Virus record (IMG/VR): IMGVR_UViG_3300010165_000001
Span: 32,001-96,000 of that record
Strand: one strand, 5' to 3'
Source of the DNA: a virus
DNA: 64,000 nucleotides
The number at the start of each line of letters is the position of its first letter. Position 1 is the first letter of the stretch. Shown piece after piece: positions 62,476 to 64,000 of this stretch. The position numbers and the translations under genes are program-made. Under the pieces are notes generated by a model. The model was not told where the DNA came from and did not search any database. It worked only from the letters and a program-made list of their open reading frames with translations.

Positions 62476-63174
62476 CTACTCAAAAATAGCGAATACACCG
62501 CTATCGTCTGCTCCAAGAACGAAATTTAAGGATTGGTCTACCGATATGATACTAACAGAAAATTCTCCTCTAAATAAGTTACCATCAATAACCCAATTAT
62601 TCAAATTCACTTCAGTAACTCTTGAATCTTCTAGTAATGTTCTGTTAATTTCATTTTGTATTTTCATTCCTTGTTCAGGTGTATTCAATTCAAATAATTT
62701 GTGTAAATCAGAACCGTAGTTAGGATGTAGTAATAAAGAACCTCTCCTAGTTAACATTCTGGTTTGTAATTGTTGTTTTAAATTCTCTATACCTCTTACT
62801 GTATCTAAATCTCTATGTCCATTATCTTTAAGAGAAAGTATTTCATCACTTGTACCACTTATTTTCATATCATCATTCGTAATATTTAAGTCTCTTCCCA
62901 AAGATAATTCAACAATTTTATCTCTATCTCTTTTATTAATTTCTTGTGCCTGAAGGTTTTTTAAGTCGTCTTGTATAGGTATGATTATGTAATCACCATA
63001 AGTAACTAACTCTTCAGGTCTCTTTTGTTTCTCTTCATCAGTATCTACAATGTACGGATATTTTAAATTATTATGTTCAATTAAATCTAACCAATGTTCT
63101 GGTGTGTCAAAATAAGATTGCGAAATGCTTTGTAACGTCTCTCCATATTGTATATAATGTTTTCTTAATCTCAT
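62476..63174 (-). CDS. LysM + gp25/GPW-like baseplate wedge protein (232 aa)
   Basis: N-terminal YIQYGETLQSISQSYF..W..L is LysM. GSLLLHPNYGSDLHKLF is the gp25-like motif. Confidence 0.7.
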   Translation of the reverse strand: MRLRKHYIQYGETLQSISQSYFDTPEHWLDLIEHNNLKYPYIVDTDEEKQKRPEELVTYGDYIIIPIQDDLKNLQAQEINKRDRDKIVELSLGRDLNITNDDMKISGTSDEILSLKDNGHRDLDTVRGIENLKQQLQTRMLTRRGSLLLHPNYGSDLHKLFELNTPEQGMKIQNEINRTLLEDSRVTEVNLNNWVIDGNLFRGEFSVSIISVDQSLNFVLGADDSGVFAIFE

Positions 63175-63698
63175 GTCTCACCATATTCTTTCTTAATTAA
63201 TGGTAATTGTAATTTTATAAAATCTATATCTAAACTTATATTTCTTAAATCTTGTATAATACTATTATAGTCATCTATTTCACCTAAATAATCACATACA
63301 TAATTAATATTATCACTTAAAATATTTAAATCTTTCTCAGTTAAATGTTTTACATTTTCTGGGTTTTCAGTTAAAGCATTTATTGTAGAATACACCTCTA
63401 AAACAATCAGTTGCATTAAACGATAAACTTTAGAATTTTGCCTTTTTAATCCTGATTTTATAACTCTTCTTACAAAACTATTTTCCCCTAAATCTTGGGA
63501 AGTAAGTTGTACATTACCATTTTTTAAATATTTTAAATTTTCTTCTGCTAATAAACTAATTTGTAAATTAGGTGTATAATAGAAAGAAATAAAATCTAAT
63601 TCATCATCTAACATATTCGTGCTTAAGAAACTATTCTTAACTTCTATACTTGTTAAAAATTTAACCAATTCAGGTGGTTGTGGTATAATTTGATTCAT
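63171..63698 (-). CDS. baseplate-module protein (175 aa)
   Basis: GGAGGA RBS with TAATG overlap to the upstream ORF. Called by synteny. Confidence 0.6.
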   Translation of the reverse strand: MNQIIPQPPELVKFLTSIEVKNSFLSTNMLDDELDFISFYYTPNLQISLLAEENLKYLKNGNVQLTSQDLGENSFVRRVIKSGLKRQNSKVYRLMQLIVLEVYSTINALTENPENVKHLTEKDLNILSDNINYVCDYLGEIDDYNSIIQDLRNISLDIDFIKLQLPLIKKEYGET

Positions 63699-64000
63699 TA
63701 AAATCCTCCTAATCCATAACCAATAGCTAAGGACATATTGCTTAAAGAACCCTCTAAACCATTTGTATTTACTCTTGGATTATATATTGTTCTTCCTTTA
63801 CTATCTACGCCTAATGAGCCTACACCTTCTGGTGACGTTGAACCTTTTCCTCTAGCTCTATCTATCGTATCCATAGCTTGTTTATTTCTAGCATTTTGTT
63901 CTTCCTCTGCTCTTGTTTGGTCTTGTATATACCTATCACTTGTATATCCAGAACTCTTATTGTTATTTCCAATATTAGAAGAATCTATTGTATCAAACTC
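63698..64000 (-). CDS. 3' part of a tail/baseplate gene (partial, runs off the window)
   Basis: The frame is open from the window edge to the TAA at 63698..63700. It ends ..SLAIGYGLGGF-stop. Confidence 0.6.
   Translation of the reverse strand, partial: EFDTIDSSNIGNNNKSSGYTSDRYIQDQTRAEEEQNARNKQAMDTIDRARGKGSTSPEGVGSLGVDSKGRTIYNPRVNTNGLEGSLSNMSLAIGYGLGGF

Noticed and set aside
1-64000. Integrase, transposase, IS or lysogeny functions.
   Set aside because: No recombinase or repressor-type motifs were recognised. The only mobile-type genes are the two HNH-family ORFs.

Overview
AT-rich phage DNA, roughly 30% G+C by partial hand counts. Every credible gene lies on the minus strand, tightly packed with GGAGG-type ribosome-binding sites and frequent ATGA/TAATG start-stop overlaps. 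Gene content and order match a large virulent SPO1/Twort-like myovirus (Herelleviridae-like). The host is probably a low-GC Firmicute; a Staphylococcus-type host is suggested but not proven.

Layout, reading in the direction of transcription (high to low coordinates):
- 64-50 kb: baseplate and tail-fibre module. It holds a LysM/gp25-like protein, Baseplate-J, giant 1021-aa and 1165-aa proteins, and two paralogous receptor-binding-like proteins.
- 50-22 kb: replication, recombination and nucleotide metabolism. It holds an SF2 helicase, DnaB-like helicase, Mre11/Rad50, primase, resolvase, a thioredoxin-nrdB-nrdA cassette, an HU-like protein, family-A DNA polymerase, deoxyribosyltransferase, a 7-TM protein, an SSB-like protein, a RecA-like protein and a sigma-like factor.
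- 22-20.5 kb: an Ig-like structural trio.
- 20.5-0 kb: about 50 small accessory or early genes. These include one tRNA, two HNH-type endonucleases, and Lar- and YopX-family genes. Many small membrane or acidic proteins here are driven by near-consensus sigma-A promoters.

Most notable observations:
1. The RNR beta subunit carries an N-terminal ATP-cone, while the alpha subunit lacks one.
2. I could not find a single GATC in 64 kb.
3. Operon boundaries repeatedly use hairpin terminators with a sigma-A promoter nested inside the hairpin. In one case the hairpin also sequesters the next gene's RBS.
4. A patchy higher-GC island (about 17-19.6 kb) carries Lar, HNH and YopX. An exact 20-bp repeated translation-initiation cassette brackets the Lar unit.
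5. A 7-TM protein with two PQ-loop-like repeats sits next to a nucleoside 2-deoxyribosyltransferase.

All functional calls come from motif reading by eye; no database search was run. Plus-strand ORFs in the track look like antisense shadows.
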